From: Candidatus Saliniplasma halalkaliphilum | GTDB taxonomy: Archaea > Thermoplasmatota > Thermoplasmata > Halarchaeoplasmatales > Halarchaeoplasmataceae | Length of the DNA: 37,138 bases | Direction: 5' to 3' | Assembly: GCA_019594235.1 (NCBI GenBank) | Contig: JAFDTG010000002.1 | Coordinates: 1 to 37,138 of the forward strand | Shown here: piece after piece, positions 19,715 through 28,931 of the stretch | How the letters are laid out: every line of letters begins with the position of its first letter | Position numbering within the stretch: position 1 is the first letter of the stretch | Notes under the pieces: model-generated | Told to the model about the DNA's origin: nothing | The model's database searches: none | Seen by the model: only the letters and a program-made list of their open reading frames with translations | Made by a program: the position numbers and the translations under genes

Positions 19715-20647
19715 TTAAAACGATTCATAGATGCCGTTGTGAAACGTATCTTCGTATCCCAGTTCATCTAGATGGTCTTGTAGTTTTCCTTGGAAACTTT
19801 TTACTAAAACTTGTCCCCATCTATCCTCGTAATAGTTGAATCCATAATCTTTTAAAATATTCACGTAATTTTGGTTAACGAATTTGATCACAAAATAGTT
19901 CTTATCGTAGATGCTCTCTACGGCCTGTAAGAGTGTAGGAAGGTCCTTTTTTTCTTCTACAGCTATCTCCTCACAGATCACTTGGCTTCTTCCTCCCTGC
20001 AGCATCAAATAACCGATCTTTTCACCGTTTCTATAAGCTATCCTTACATTCTCATTCTTCGGCCACCCCCTAGCTTCAGCCATCTCCCAGAACTCATCTT
20101 CACGAACAACTAATCCGGTCAACCCTTCAACACTATTCAAGTAAGTTTTTCGAACGTACTCTGGGTCTTCTTCCTCCTTCAACTCTATCTCTTCGTTTTC
20201 GACATCACTTTTCAGTTTTTTGTAGGCTGCGGGATAGGCCAGTATATCTCGATATCCCAACTTTTCATAGAGATTATGCGCCACGTTAGATTTATCAGTC
20301 ATCAAGAAGGAAAATCTCACACCTTTCTCTTCCATTATCTCGTGTGCTCTGTTCAATAACTTTGTACTGACACCCTTTCTAGATGCTGAAGGACGTGTAC
20401 ATACATTACGTATCCCACCAGTTAATTCGACACCGCTTTTTGTTTTCAACCTCGGAAAAAGTAGTCCCACGGTCCCCAATACCTTTTCATCTTCCTTAGC
20501 ATACAATTCTCCACCCCATTCAGGTACTCTAGAATCGGCTTTTATCATATCTACAACGTGTTGTTTAGAATACGGGTGGTTGAAACATGTGAGGGTGAGT
20601 TCTGTCATCTGGTCGTCATCGACTTCTTCGTAAGTTACTATCTCCAT
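19715..20647 (-). CDS. GNAT N-acetyltransferase (Eis-like tandem GNAT)
   Basis: VCTRPSASRKGVSTKLL acetyl-CoA motif, AHNLYEKLGY. Confidence 0.85.
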   Translation of the reverse strand: MEIVTYEEVDDDQMTELTLTCFNHPYSKQHVVDMIKADSRVPEWGGELYAKEDEKVLGTVGLLFPRLKTKSGVELTGGIRNVCTRPSASRKGVSTKLLNRAHEIMEEKGVRFSFLMTDKSNVAHNLYEKLGYRDILAYPAAYKKLKSDVENEEIELKEEEDPEYVRKTYLNSVEGLTGLVVREDEFWEMAEARGWPKNENVRIAYRNGEKIGYLMLQGGRSQVICEEIAVEEKKDLPTLLQAVESIYDKNYFVIKFVNQNYVNILKDYGFNYYEDRWGQVLVKSFQGKLQDHLDELGYEDTFHNGIYESF

Positions 20648-20752
20648 GGATGGTCCAATGTTCGAGATATATTTAAATTTTTAAAGTCATTAATCATTAT
20701 ACGAGAAAATTAAATAACAAAGGAATGTTATACACCCAATGGTGTTCAAGAT

Positions 20753-21856
20753 ATGACAAGTTCAAAGGTTTACTTTTCCGATCTATCCTCGGGAAGTAAA
20801 GAAAATAATTTGATAAACAGAATAGGACGATTATTCAAGAAAGCTAGTGAAGGTTTAGAATACGAAAAAGATGACCTCGTTGCACTCAAATTACATTTCG
20901 GTGAGAAAGGTATAGATACGTTCCTCAGACCCGTTCAGGTAGAACCTATCATCAAAGCGGTAAGAGATGCCGGTGGTAAGCCATTCCTGGCGGATTCTAA
21001 TACACTCTACTCAGGCAGCAGATCCAATGCCGTTGATCATCACAAGACCGCACAGGAGAACGGATGGGTAAGGCCAGTAGTCAGTGCTCCGGTAGTGATC
21101 GCTGATGGACTACACGGCAATGAATTTTATAAAGTTGAAATCGACGGGAAACATTTCGATGAAGTCAAGATCGGTGCCGGATTCTTTCAATGCGATGGTA
21201 TCGTAGGTGTTTCACATTTCAAAGGCCATGGTATGACCGGATTCGGAGGTACTCTAAAAAATCTCGGAATGGGTTGTGCTTCTCGTGCCGGGAAGTTGAT
21301 GATGCATTACAACGTTGAACCTGAAGTCGATATCGACGAGTGTATCGGATGTGGAAAGTGTGCTATCTGGTGCCCAGTAGAAGCGATAGAAGTTGAACAG
21401 TATGCTGAGATCGATTTAGATAAGTGTATCGGATGCGGTGAATGCAGGATCGTCTGTCCAGAAGGTGCGATCCAGGTGAAGGATTCCTCCTCAAATTTTG
21501 AGATCCAAGAAAAGATCGCCGAGTTCGCCCACGGCTCATTATTGGATAAATATGATAAATCACTGTTTTTCAATTTCGTAGTGGATGTTACACCAGAATG
21601 TGATTGTCCTCCGTGGAGAAAGTATCCGATGGTACCTGATATAGGTATAATCGCTTCAAAAGATCCGGTCGCGGTAGATCAGGCGGCTTTTGATCTAGTG
21701 AAAGAAGAAAAAGGTCGGGAATACGGTGCTGGAATCGATAAGTTTGCTAAAGAACACGATGTCGACCCGACTGCACAGTTAAAACATGGTGAGAAGATAG
21801 GTCTCGGAACCCGTGAATATGAACTTATAGATATCTCCGATGTTAGTGGTGAATAG
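20753..21856 (+). CDS. DUF362 Fe-S protein with 2x[4Fe-4S] ferredoxin insert
   Basis: KLHFGE, SHFKGH, KNLGMG, two CxxCxxCxxxCP, CDC, DPVAVDQA. Confidence 0.9.
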   Translation: MTSSKVYFSDLSSGSKENNLINRIGRLFKKASEGLEYEKDDLVALKLHFGEKGIDTFLRPVQVEPIIKAVRDAGGKPFLADSNTLYSGSRSNAVDHHKTAQENGWVRPVVSAPVVIADGLHGNEFYKVEIDGKHFDEVKIGAGFFQCDGIVGVSHFKGHGMTGFGGTLKNLGMGCASRAGKLMMHYNVEPEVDIDECIGCGKCAIWCPVEAIEVEQYAEIDLDKCIGCGECRIVCPEGAIQVKDSSSNFEIQEKIAEFAHGSLLDKYDKSLFFNFVVDVTPECDCPPWRKYPMVPDIGIIASKDPVAVDQAAFDLVKEEKGREYGAGIDKFAKEHDVDPTAQLKHGEKIGLGTREYELIDISDVSGE

Positions 21857-21858
21857 GT

Positions 21859-22803
21859 ATGAGTGAAAAGATACTGGTCACTGGCGCTCTAGGTCAGATA
21901 GGATCAGATCTAATACCGAAACTGCAAAAGAAATACGGTAAAGAAAATATCATCTCTCTAGATTATAATGAATTACCAGATGATTATGATGGAATACTGA
22001 AAAAGGGAGATGTGAGGGATAAAAAAATATTAGAAGACTTATGGAAGGAATATAAATTTACCAAAGTCTATCACTTAGCTTCTCTTTTATCAGCCACTGG
22101 TGAAAAACACCCCGATCTGGCATGGGACGTCAACATGACCGGTCTTAAACACGTGTTAGATATCTCTAAAGAATACGATACCCAGGTATTCTGGGCCAGC
22201 TCTATAGCTGTTTTCGGTTCTACCACTCCTTTAGATAACACTCCACAACACACCATCCTTGAACCGGTCACCATATACGGAGTTACAAAAGTATCCGGTG
22301 AGTTACTCTGTCAGTACTACCATGAAAAATATGGGTTAGATGTCAGAAGTATACGATATCCTGGATTGATAAGCTGGAAGCAAGAACCCGGCGGCGGTAC
22401 TACGGATTACGCCGTAGACATATTTTATAAAGCAATCGAAGAGGAGGAATACACCTGTTTTGTTAAAGAGGATACAAAGCTTCCTATGATGTACATGGAG
22501 GACGCGATAAGAGGAACTTTGATGCTCATGGATGCCGACGAAGAGGATATCAATGTCAGGACGAGTTACAACCATTCTGCCCTCAGTTTTACGGCTAAAG
22601 AGTTAGAAGATGAGATCAAGAAGCATATACCGGACTTCGAAGTAAAGTACGAACCGGATGAAAGGCAGAAAACAGCGGATTCGTGGCCGAATACCATCGA
22701 CGACTCGGCAGCAAGAGAAGATTGGGGTTGGGAACACGAGTACGATCTGGAGAGGATGACCGAAGTGATGCTGGAGAACTTAAGAAAGAAACTCTCTAAA
22801 TAG
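21859..22803 (+). CDS. tdh: L-threonine 3-dehydrogenase, SDR/epimerase type
   Basis: GALGQIG, LLSATGE, SSIAVFG, YGVTK, PGGGTTDYAV, ADSWP. Confidence 0.88.
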   Translation: MSEKILVTGALGQIGSDLIPKLQKKYGKENIISLDYNELPDDYDGILKKGDVRDKKILEDLWKEYKFTKVYHLASLLSATGEKHPDLAWDVNMTGLKHVLDISKEYDTQVFWASSIAVFGSTTPLDNTPQHTILEPVTIYGVTKVSGELLCQYYHEKYGLDVRSIRYPGLISWKQEPGGGTTDYAVDIFYKAIEEEEYTCFVKEDTKLPMMYMEDAIRGTLMLMDADEEDINVRTSYNHSALSFTAKELEDEIKKHIPDFEVKYEPDERQKTADSWPNTIDDSAAREDWGWEHEYDLERMTEVMLENLRKKLSK

Positions 22804-22806
22804 TTT

Positions 22807-23202
22807 TTAAATTTCAAATTCCTTTTTTATTTTATCTATTAGTTCGTCAAAGCTCTCATTTCCATAGATGCTATTGTATACATTCAAGAAACCGAGGACC
22901 ATATCTTTTGCATCATCTTCAAGATTCTTTATCTCTGTTTTTCTCTCTTCTAGGGTCTCTTCACCTTTATCCGTTAAACTATAATATTTTCTATCTTCTG
23001 GGCCTTGCTCAGCCCGTTCTATGAGACCCTTTTTTTCCATCCTGTTCAACGCGCCATATACAGTGCCGTAACTAGGATTCCAATGTCCGTTAGATATCTC
23101 TTTCAATCTCTTGATGATCTCATATCCGTAAGTCGCCCCTTCCTCTTTCATCGTTTTAAATATTAGATAGCTAATAAGCTCACTAGGCAGCCTTTTTTGC
23201 AT
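22807..23202 (-). CDS. PadR-family transcriptional regulator
   Basis: YGYEIIKRL, PSYGTVYGALNRMEKKGLI, RKYYSLTDKG. Confidence 0.92.
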   Translation of the reverse strand: MQKRLPSELISYLIFKTMKEEGATYGYEIIKRLKEISNGHWNPSYGTVYGALNRMEKKGLIERAEQGPEDRKYYSLTDKGEETLEERKTEIKNLEDDAKDMVLGFLNVYNSIYGNESFDELIDKIKKEFEI

Positions 23203-23260
23203 CTTTATTCCTGGAATTGGATAGATGATGAGATTATTTGGTCTTTTGGGAAAAGTATTA

Positions 23261-23292
23261 TATATCGTACCGCAATACTACGCAACGTAATA
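23261..23292. promoter_or_regulatory. Tandem imperfect palindromes, candidate PadR operator
   Basis: TATATCG-tac-CGCAATA and TACTACG-caa-CGTAATA overlapping TATA/TSS of the permease operon. Confidence 0.45.
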
Positions 23293-23301
23293 GGTGTAAA
23301 G

Positions 23302-23784
23302 ATGAACATAACCGCTATCGGACTCATAATATTGGCCATTTCTTTATTGATATGGTCCTTTACTAAAGATAAAGAGAAAACGATAAAAGGTTTGAACGTG
23401 GCGAAAAACATGTTCAAAGGTATCGCTGTAGAGATAATATCTATATTGGCTCTTATAGGACTGTTTTTAACGCTGGTTCCTCCCGGGACTATAAGGTCTG
23501 TATTAGGTGATACCTCTGTTATAGAGGCCACTTTTATCTCAGCAGCTTTCGGTACCATAACATTGATACCTGCATTTGTGGCGTTTCCCCTTGCTTCTTC
23601 TTTGGTGGATGAGGGAGCTCATCTAGTTTCAATGGCAGCTTTCATCACAACCCTTACAATGGTCGGTTTCATAACGGCACCGATAGAGATCGAATATTTT
23701 GGTAAAAAATTCACTTTAGTAAGAAATGTACTTAGCTTCCTAGCAGCCATCTTGATCTCACTTGGTATGGGGTTGATATTATGA
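23302..23784 (+). CDS. DUF318/ArsP-like permease, half-size subunit A
   Basis: IPAFVAFPLASSL, AAFITTLTMVG, E..YFGKKF..RN; ATG 23302 after AGGTGT. Confidence 0.85.
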   Translation: MNITAIGLIILAISLLIWSFTKDKEKTIKGLNVAKNMFKGIAVEIISILALIGLFLTLVPPGTIRSVLGDTSVIEATFISAAFGTITLIPAFVAFPLASSLVDEGAHLVSMAAFITTLTMVGFITAPIEIEYFGKKFTLVRNVLSFLAAILISLGMGLIL

Positions 23785-24500
23785 AATTTAGATTGGAAAC
23801 GATAGTTAAATTTTTCAAAGATAATAAGATAGCGGCTTTCACTATATTCGCTTATGTCGTTGTTTTTGTATATTCTCCAAATCTAGGTATCGACAGTTTA
23901 AAAATGACGGCATCTTACTTTTTAGAGATGCTGGAGATATTACCGGCTGTTTTTATAGTCATGGGCATGGTTGAAGTTTGGGTATCTCGAGAAACGATAA
24001 TGGGAATATTCGGTAAAGGATCTGGAATTAAGGGTAGATTCGCTTCGGTTTTGATAGGTTCTTTCTCAGCCGGACCAATATATGCAGCTTTTCCCGTCTG
24101 TTTTACGCTGTTGAAAAAAGGCTCATCGGTCTCAAACATCGTGATAATACTGAGCGCATGGGCCGTGGTCAAAGCACCGATGTTGATAGTTGAAACTCAA
24201 TTCATGGGATTGTCCTTCATGTTAGTAAGGTACATATTCACCGTACCGGCGATAATCATGATAGGGATCATCACTGGTAAGATTATCAGTAAGGAATACG
24301 TTATAAAAAATTCAAGTAAGGATGGCTTACTAGTTGAAAGGATAGATGAATTATTACCCGGCCATAACTGTGGTGCTTGTGGATACGGTTCATGCAGGGA
24401 GACTGCCGAGCAGATCGCTGATGGAGACGAGGAACCGGATGTTTGCGTTCCATTGGAAGAGGAAAAGACTATCAGGGAACTGTTAGAAACCTGTTCCTGA
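23781..24500 (+). CDS. DUF318/ArsP-like permease subunit B fused to C-terminal RnfB-type Fe-S domain
   Basis: AGPIYAAFP, LSAWAVVK; C-terminus LLPGHNCGACGYGSC...DVC. Confidence 0.85.
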   Translation: MKFRLETIVKFFKDNKIAAFTIFAYVVVFVYSPNLGIDSLKMTASYFLEMLEILPAVFIVMGMVEVWVSRETIMGIFGKGSGIKGRFASVLIGSFSAGPIYAAFPVCFTLLKKGSSVSNIVIILSAWAVVKAPMLIVETQFMGLSFMLVRYIFTVPAIIMIGIITGKIISKEYVIKNSSKDGLLVERIDELLPGHNCGACGYGSCRETAEQIADGDEEPDVCVPLEEEKTIRELLETCS

Positions 24501-24518
24501 TCTTCTTCCGTCTTTTCG

Positions 24519-24650
24519 TCAATCAGCCTTTTCCATAAGAGCTTCTAAGAGATCCATCACACCTACATCCCTAGCGGTCCTTTTCAAGTATTCCTTGTCC
24601 ATGTCCTCCTGGCGTGTGATTATACTCAAAACGTCTTCAAGGTCCTGTTC
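24519..24650 (-). pseudogene. C-terminal fragment of a probable nucleotidyltransferase (DUF6036-like)
   Basis: Minus frame EQDLEDVLSIITRQEDMDKEYLKRTARDVGVMDLLEALMEKAD*, no 5' part. Confidence 0.55.
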
Positions 24651-24656
24651 GCATTT

Positions 24657-25226
24657 TTGCTTTATATAAACAAACTCCAGTTATGGATCGTAGTTTTCAT
24701 CATCGGTGCCGTTGCTTCCATCGGTTTAGGAAGGTTCTACTGTGGTTGGATTTGTCCTATGGGGTCATTATCAAGGCCGATCATCTGGTTGAAAGATAAA
24801 TTGTCTTTGGGCGATATGGGTGTTCCGGATATATTGAGATCAAAGAAACTCCGGTATTCGATAGTGCTGATATTTTTCGGTACGATGATCGTTCTAAGAA
24901 TTTTAGGTATGGAACTGCCAGTACTGCTCATCATAACTGTGATAGGTGTGGCCTTCATGACGGTCTTCGACGAGGAGTTATTTCATAAGTACTTATGTCC
25001 GTATGGGACCATACTGAGCGTTACCTCGAAACCTTCGAGATACGTGATGAGAGTAGATACCGAAGAGTGTATCGGATGTGGTAGATGTCAGAGCGTATGT
25101 CCAACCGATACCATAGACACGTTGGATTCGGGGAAAAGACAGATTATCGATGGAGAATGCCTCAAATGCTTCAAGTGCCAGGATGTCTGTCCCGCTGACT
25201 GTATAGGATACAGTAAAAAAGAGTAA
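24657..25226 (+). CDS. NapH/MauN-like membrane 4Fe-4S protein, probably 5'-truncated
   Basis: GRFYCGWICP, KYLCPYG, two CxxCxxCxxxCP; TTG start without RBS, abutting a foreign fragment. Confidence 0.75.
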   Translation: MLYINKLQLWIVVFIIGAVASIGLGRFYCGWICPMGSLSRPIIWLKDKLSLGDMGVPDILRSKKLRYSIVLIFFGTMIVLRILGMELPVLLIITVIGVAFMTVFDEELFHKYLCPYGTILSVTSKPSRYVMRVDTEECIGCGRCQSVCPTDTIDTLDSGKRQIIDGECLKCFKCQDVCPADCIGYSKKE

Positions 25227-25246
25227 TTGGATTTACTTTTAACCGA

Positions 25247-25660
25247 TCATTCATAGCTCTGATATAGAAGTATCGTTACAGCTACCGCAGCAAACAGATC
25301 CGGGAGAAACGTGAACGGTCCCAAACCTACTCCGTGCTTGAAGCCCAGTATAAGTGGTATGAAAGGATTGGAGAAAACGGCATATAGTAGAAGAGCAAAG
25401 CTGAAAATTAAAAGGCCGAGTGTGAATCTATTGGGCATCTCCCAGTATATAGACAGGTAGTTCCAGAGCAGAACAGCCAGTAGGATGAGGGTAAAGGAAG
25501 AGACGAACACTTTGATCCCCAGAAAAATTTCGAAATACATACGGTAAGTCCTAGTCGGTACTGAAACGGTCTTCAAAAATAGTAGAGTAAGCAGTACGCT
25601 TATCAATCCACCGATACCTAGTACGAGCATTAACTTTTTTTTCTTGTCCATCTTAATCAC
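25247..25660 (-). CDS. Small multi-pass membrane protein coupled to wHTH regulator
   Basis: ~4 hydrophobic segments, FTLGLLIF..ALL...NP; overlaps wHTH stop. Confidence 0.8.
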   Translation of the reverse strand: MIKMDKKKKLMLVLGIGGLISVLLTLLFLKTVSVPTRTYRMYFEIFLGIKVFVSSFTLILLAVLLWNYLSIYWEMPNRFTLGLLIFSFALLLYAVFSNPFIPLILGFKHGVGLGPFTFLPDLFAAVAVTILLYQSYE

Positions 25661-25946
25661 CTTTCTTAGATTTTTTCATTATCTCATCCAATATATCAAG
25701 GCTGTCTTCCATCTGGTCAGTGAGAAAGTAGGTTTTTCCATACCCCTCTCCCATAGTGGTCAAAACGTGGTTTTCTAATAATAATTCAAGGTGGTGTTTA
25801 ACGGTCTTGTAATCAAGATCTAATTTTTTAGCTATCTGGTTCGCGTTCATCGGTTTTTCTTTCACAGCTTTTATTATACGGAGGCGGTTCTTTCCTCCTC
25901 TGGTACCTGCGATCAACCACCATAGGACCTTTCTCATCTGAACCAT
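25653..25946 (-). CDS. Winged-helix (ArsR-like) transcriptional regulator
   Basis: LWWLIAGTRGGKNRLRII, PMNANQIA..L.LDYKTVKHHL, YGKTYF. Confidence 0.9.
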   Translation of the reverse strand: MVQMRKVLWWLIAGTRGGKNRLRIIKAVKEKPMNANQIAKKLDLDYKTVKHHLELLLENHVLTTMGEGYGKTYFLTDQMEDSLDILDEIMKKSKKGD

Positions 25947-26030
25947 TATCTGTTAAATGCATCAAAGGTCAATAAATCTTCTGATAAATTGAGAAAAGGG
26001 TTTAGGAGAGGGGGACATCCTTTAACTGTC

Positions 26031-26429
26031 CTACGGACATTCGCCTCTCTGGTGCATATCACCGCGTCCTTGTTTCATATGTCCTCTGTGTTGTTGCATG
26101 TTTCCGTCTAGTTGGGGAAGTTCAGCCCCATAGTCCTCTACCATATTTCTAACCGTATCTCTGATCTCTTGCTGACTGGACCCGTTCTCTCTCATGGATA
26201 TCACTGTATCTATTATTTCCTGTTTCTGTTCATCTGTCAGATTCAGTCTATCGAGCATCCTTAATTTGGGTTCTTCAGTACATTCTCCATCGGAACGTAT
26301 GGTCTCTGTATCGGAGATACTTCGTTCCATGAAATCACCACTGTTATCGCTGGCCATGGATAGCCCAATCGCCCCTATCAATAATACAGCACCGAGGACG
26401 ACCCCTATCATTCCTATCTTCTTGTTCAT
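26031..26429 (-). CDS. Secreted helical protein with LTxxQ motif (Spy/CpxP-like)
   Basis: Signal peptide, LNLTDEQKQEI, M/Q/H/G-rich tail; ATG 26429 after AGGTGT (GTG 26438 alternative). Confidence 0.65.
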   Translation of the reverse strand: MNKKIGMIGVVLGAVLLIGAIGLSMASDNSGDFMERSISDTETIRSDGECTEEPKLRMLDRLNLTDEQKQEIIDTVISMRENGSSQQEIRDTVRNMVEDYGAELPQLDGNMQQHRGHMKQGRGDMHQRGECP

Positions 26430-26497
26430 CTTTGACACCTATGGATATCACTACCATTGATATTTATATTAGTTTGCCGAATCAATTAACCAATTAA

Positions 26498-26517
26498 ACC
26501 CGATTTAGACCCAATTT
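26498..26517 (-). promoter_or_regulatory. 20-bp operator copy 1 (AAATTGGGT-CT-AAATCGGGT)
   Basis: Identical to 28932..28951; upstream of GGCAAA and TATA. Confidence 0.8.
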
Positions 26518-26565
26518 TGCTCTTTTTTTAAGAGCTATAGAAGGTGGTTATAATCGACAGCCTAT

Positions 26566-27096
26566 TCAAATCCTTAAAGCTTTGAACACACTATAAAACA
26601 AGTTGGTCAATATTACCGCCAGAACTATCACTCCTAGGGAGATCAGCAGTGACGAAACGTCCCCAACCGGTTTGGGTTCTACAGATAACTCTTTACTCGC
26701 AGAACTTTCAGGCAGCATCTCGTCATTGTACTTCAAAACAGCGCTTACATTGTGAATACCCGCTTCTGCATCCCACGAGATCTCGTATGTATTCGACTCA
26801 CCAGCTTCCAGGGCGATACCTGATACGTTCCCGATCTCCATGTTATCGACCAAGTAAACCAATGTGAAGTTCTGTACCGGAACTGACCCGTTGTTTCGAA
26901 CAGTGGCGTTGATAGTAATCTCGTCATCTTCCAAAGGCTCATCGTTTGAAAACTCGAGCTTCTCTACTTTGATGTCCGGCCCAAAGGATGGACCTTGCCC
27001 ACCGGACTGACCTTCCACGATGGGGGTGATGAGCAAACTCATAAACAATACAAGAGCGAACAAGAGTCCTAGCTTAGCGGCTCTATCTGGCATCAT
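26566..27096 (-). CDS. Membrane-anchored CARDB (Ig-like) protein
   Basis: Signal peptide, PDIKVE...ITINATVRNNG...W...G.H, C-terminal TM. Confidence 0.82.
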   Translation of the reverse strand: MMPDRAAKLGLLFALVLFMSLLITPIVEGQSGGQGPSFGPDIKVEKLEFSNDEPLEDDEITINATVRNNGSVPVQNFTLVYLVDNMEIGNVSGIALEAGESNTYEISWDAEAGIHNVSAVLKYNDEMLPESSASKELSVEPKPVGDVSSLLISLGVIVLAVILTNLFYSVFKALRI

Positions 27097-27911
27097 TCTC
27101 CTCTCCTCCTGTTAGCCAAGAAAAGCCCGAGCAGGAATAATATTATCGTATATCCCAGCATCACCATCAGGCCAGTATAGAAATCGGGAGCGAAAGTGGC
27201 CTCGAACCTATCGCCCGGTCCAAAACCAGAGGTCTGGGCTACGCCGAAAAAGTCAGTGATCAAACCCCCGTAGTATGTTATGATGAACCACGGTTCTATC
27301 TCCACCATTTTCATAACCTGTTCCGTAATAGGCATTATCATCATGAGTGAAAAGAAGCCCAATAGGGTGGAGGTTATAGCCCCTTTGAGTATACTGCTGA
27401 AGAAAAAGATAAGGCTCACTGCTCCACACATGTAGAGTATCGAGAACAGATATGATTTGAGAAATTCTGTAGATATTTCGCTCAATCCATACACGTACTG
27501 TATCTCCAAAGCCGTTACCAAATAATATATGGTTAAAACTGAAAGTGTCGAAACTACAGACGCGATGTATTTTCCAACAAAAATACTGTTATGGTCTTGC
27601 GGAGTTGGAAACAATATCAAACCCGTCCTGTTCTCGAATTCTAAAGAGATTATGTCCCCAGCGAAGAGTGCTCCGGAGATGATGATCAAAAGATTAGCGA
27701 AACCTAAGTTGAGTTGTGCGAAATCTCCAGCGGTTTCTGCCAACCCTATATCCCATATAGTTGGGATGAGATAGAATACGGACGCTAATGCTATCGCCAT
27801 AAGAACAGCCATCTGTATCCTGTTCCGTCTGTAATGTTTAAGTAGCTCGAATTTAGTCGATAAAAATGTGTCGTAAATATCGCTCTTCACTTTGTTCATC
27901 ACTTTCGTCAT
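27093..27911 (-). CDS. ABC-2 type exporter permease
   Basis: ~6 TM, ISLEFENRTG...P....IFVGKY. Confidence 0.88.
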   Translation of the reverse strand: MTKVMNKVKSDIYDTFLSTKFELLKHYRRNRIQMAVLMAIALASVFYLIPTIWDIGLAETAGDFAQLNLGFANLLIIISGALFAGDIISLEFENRTGLILFPTPQDHNSIFVGKYIASVVSTLSVLTIYYLVTALEIQYVYGLSEISTEFLKSYLFSILYMCGAVSLIFFFSSILKGAITSTLLGFFSLMMIMPITEQVMKMVEIEPWFIITYYGGLITDFFGVAQTSGFGPGDRFEATFAPDFYTGLMVMLGYTIILFLLGLFLANRRRGE

Positions 27912-28870
27912 AGGTTTCCCCCCTTCTTATTAACAAGAGATATATAGAAATCTTCAAGGTCTTGCTTTCCACTTGAATATGAGATGACATCGAAACCCTC
28001 TTTGATCATGTTCGATAAAATCTCAGCTTGATTACTTTTGTCTTTGCTGTTGTATATAGTTGCAGTGTTTCCCTCTACCTTTACTTTGTTTATACTATTC
28101 AAGGAACTCAATTTTTTCCTTTCTTCTTTTGACAAGGGATTCAAGAATTCTACGGTTATCTTCTTATGCTGAGAATCACCAGCAAATTTGTCTATATCAT
28201 CGTAGGCCATCACTTCTCCATTGAAGAGGAATATCACTTTATCACATGTTTTACTCACTTCTTCAAGAAGGTGTGAACTCAAAAAGATCGTTATCTCCTT
28301 TTCTTTCAAATTGCGTATGAGCTCCCGCACCTCTTTTATACCCTCTGGATCAAGACCCATCACCGGTTCATCCAGTATCAATATCTCGGGAGAAGGCAGC
28401 AGTGCTAAACCTATGGCCAATCTCCTCCTCATACCCGTACTGAACTCCTCTATCTTTTTATGTTCCCAATCCTTTAGTTTCACAGTTCTTAAAACCTGTT
28501 TTATCTTTTTTTTGATTCTATCTGTACCCATCCGGTAGACCCTCCCATAATGAGTCAGGAGTTCGTGAGGAGTTAGATAGTCATACATCCCCGGTACCTC
28601 GATGAGGGCCCCGACATAACTCAAAGCGTGGGTCGGATCTTTAAACACATCTATTCCGTTGATATAAGCGCTGCCTGAGGTGGGTGATAATAAGTTGGTC
28701 AGTAGTTTGATCGTGGTTGTTTTACCTGCTCCATTGGGTCCTAGATAACCTACAACATCTCCTTTTTTGACTTTAAAAGAGACTCCTTTCAGTGCTGTTA
28801 GGTCTCCATATCTTTTAACAAGGTTTTCAACCTTGATCGCATTTCCATTATCCGATAGCCTATTCATCAT
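27908..28870 (-). CDS. ABC transporter ATP-binding protein
   Basis: GPNGAGKTT, FSTGM, ILDEP, SSH; real start ~28870-28879 rather than 28966. Confidence 0.93.
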   Translation of the reverse strand: MMNRLSDNGNAIKVENLVKRYGDLTALKGVSFKVKKGDVVGYLGPNGAGKTTTIKLLTNLLSPTSGSAYINGIDVFKDPTHALSYVGALIEVPGMYDYLTPHELLTHYGRVYRMGTDRIKKKIKQVLRTVKLKDWEHKKIEEFSTGMRRRLAIGLALLPSPEILILDEPVMGLDPEGIKEVRELIRNLKEKEITIFLSSHLLEEVSKTCDKVIFLFNGEVMAYDDIDKFAGDSQHKKITVEFLNPLSKEERKKLSSLNSINKVKVEGNTATIYNSKDKSNQAEILSNMIKEGFDVISYSSGKQDLEDFYISLVNKKGGNL

Positions 28871-28931
28871 TATACCCATCTTCACCCATCTTACTTTTAA
28901 TATCAATTTGCCAAATTTTAAGGAGAGTTTC

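Noticed and set aside
24490..24650. CCTGTTC at 24490 and 24644 as a target-site duplication
   Set aside because: Removing the interval does not restore a plausible start or N-terminus for the 4Fe-4S gene; 7 bp can be chance
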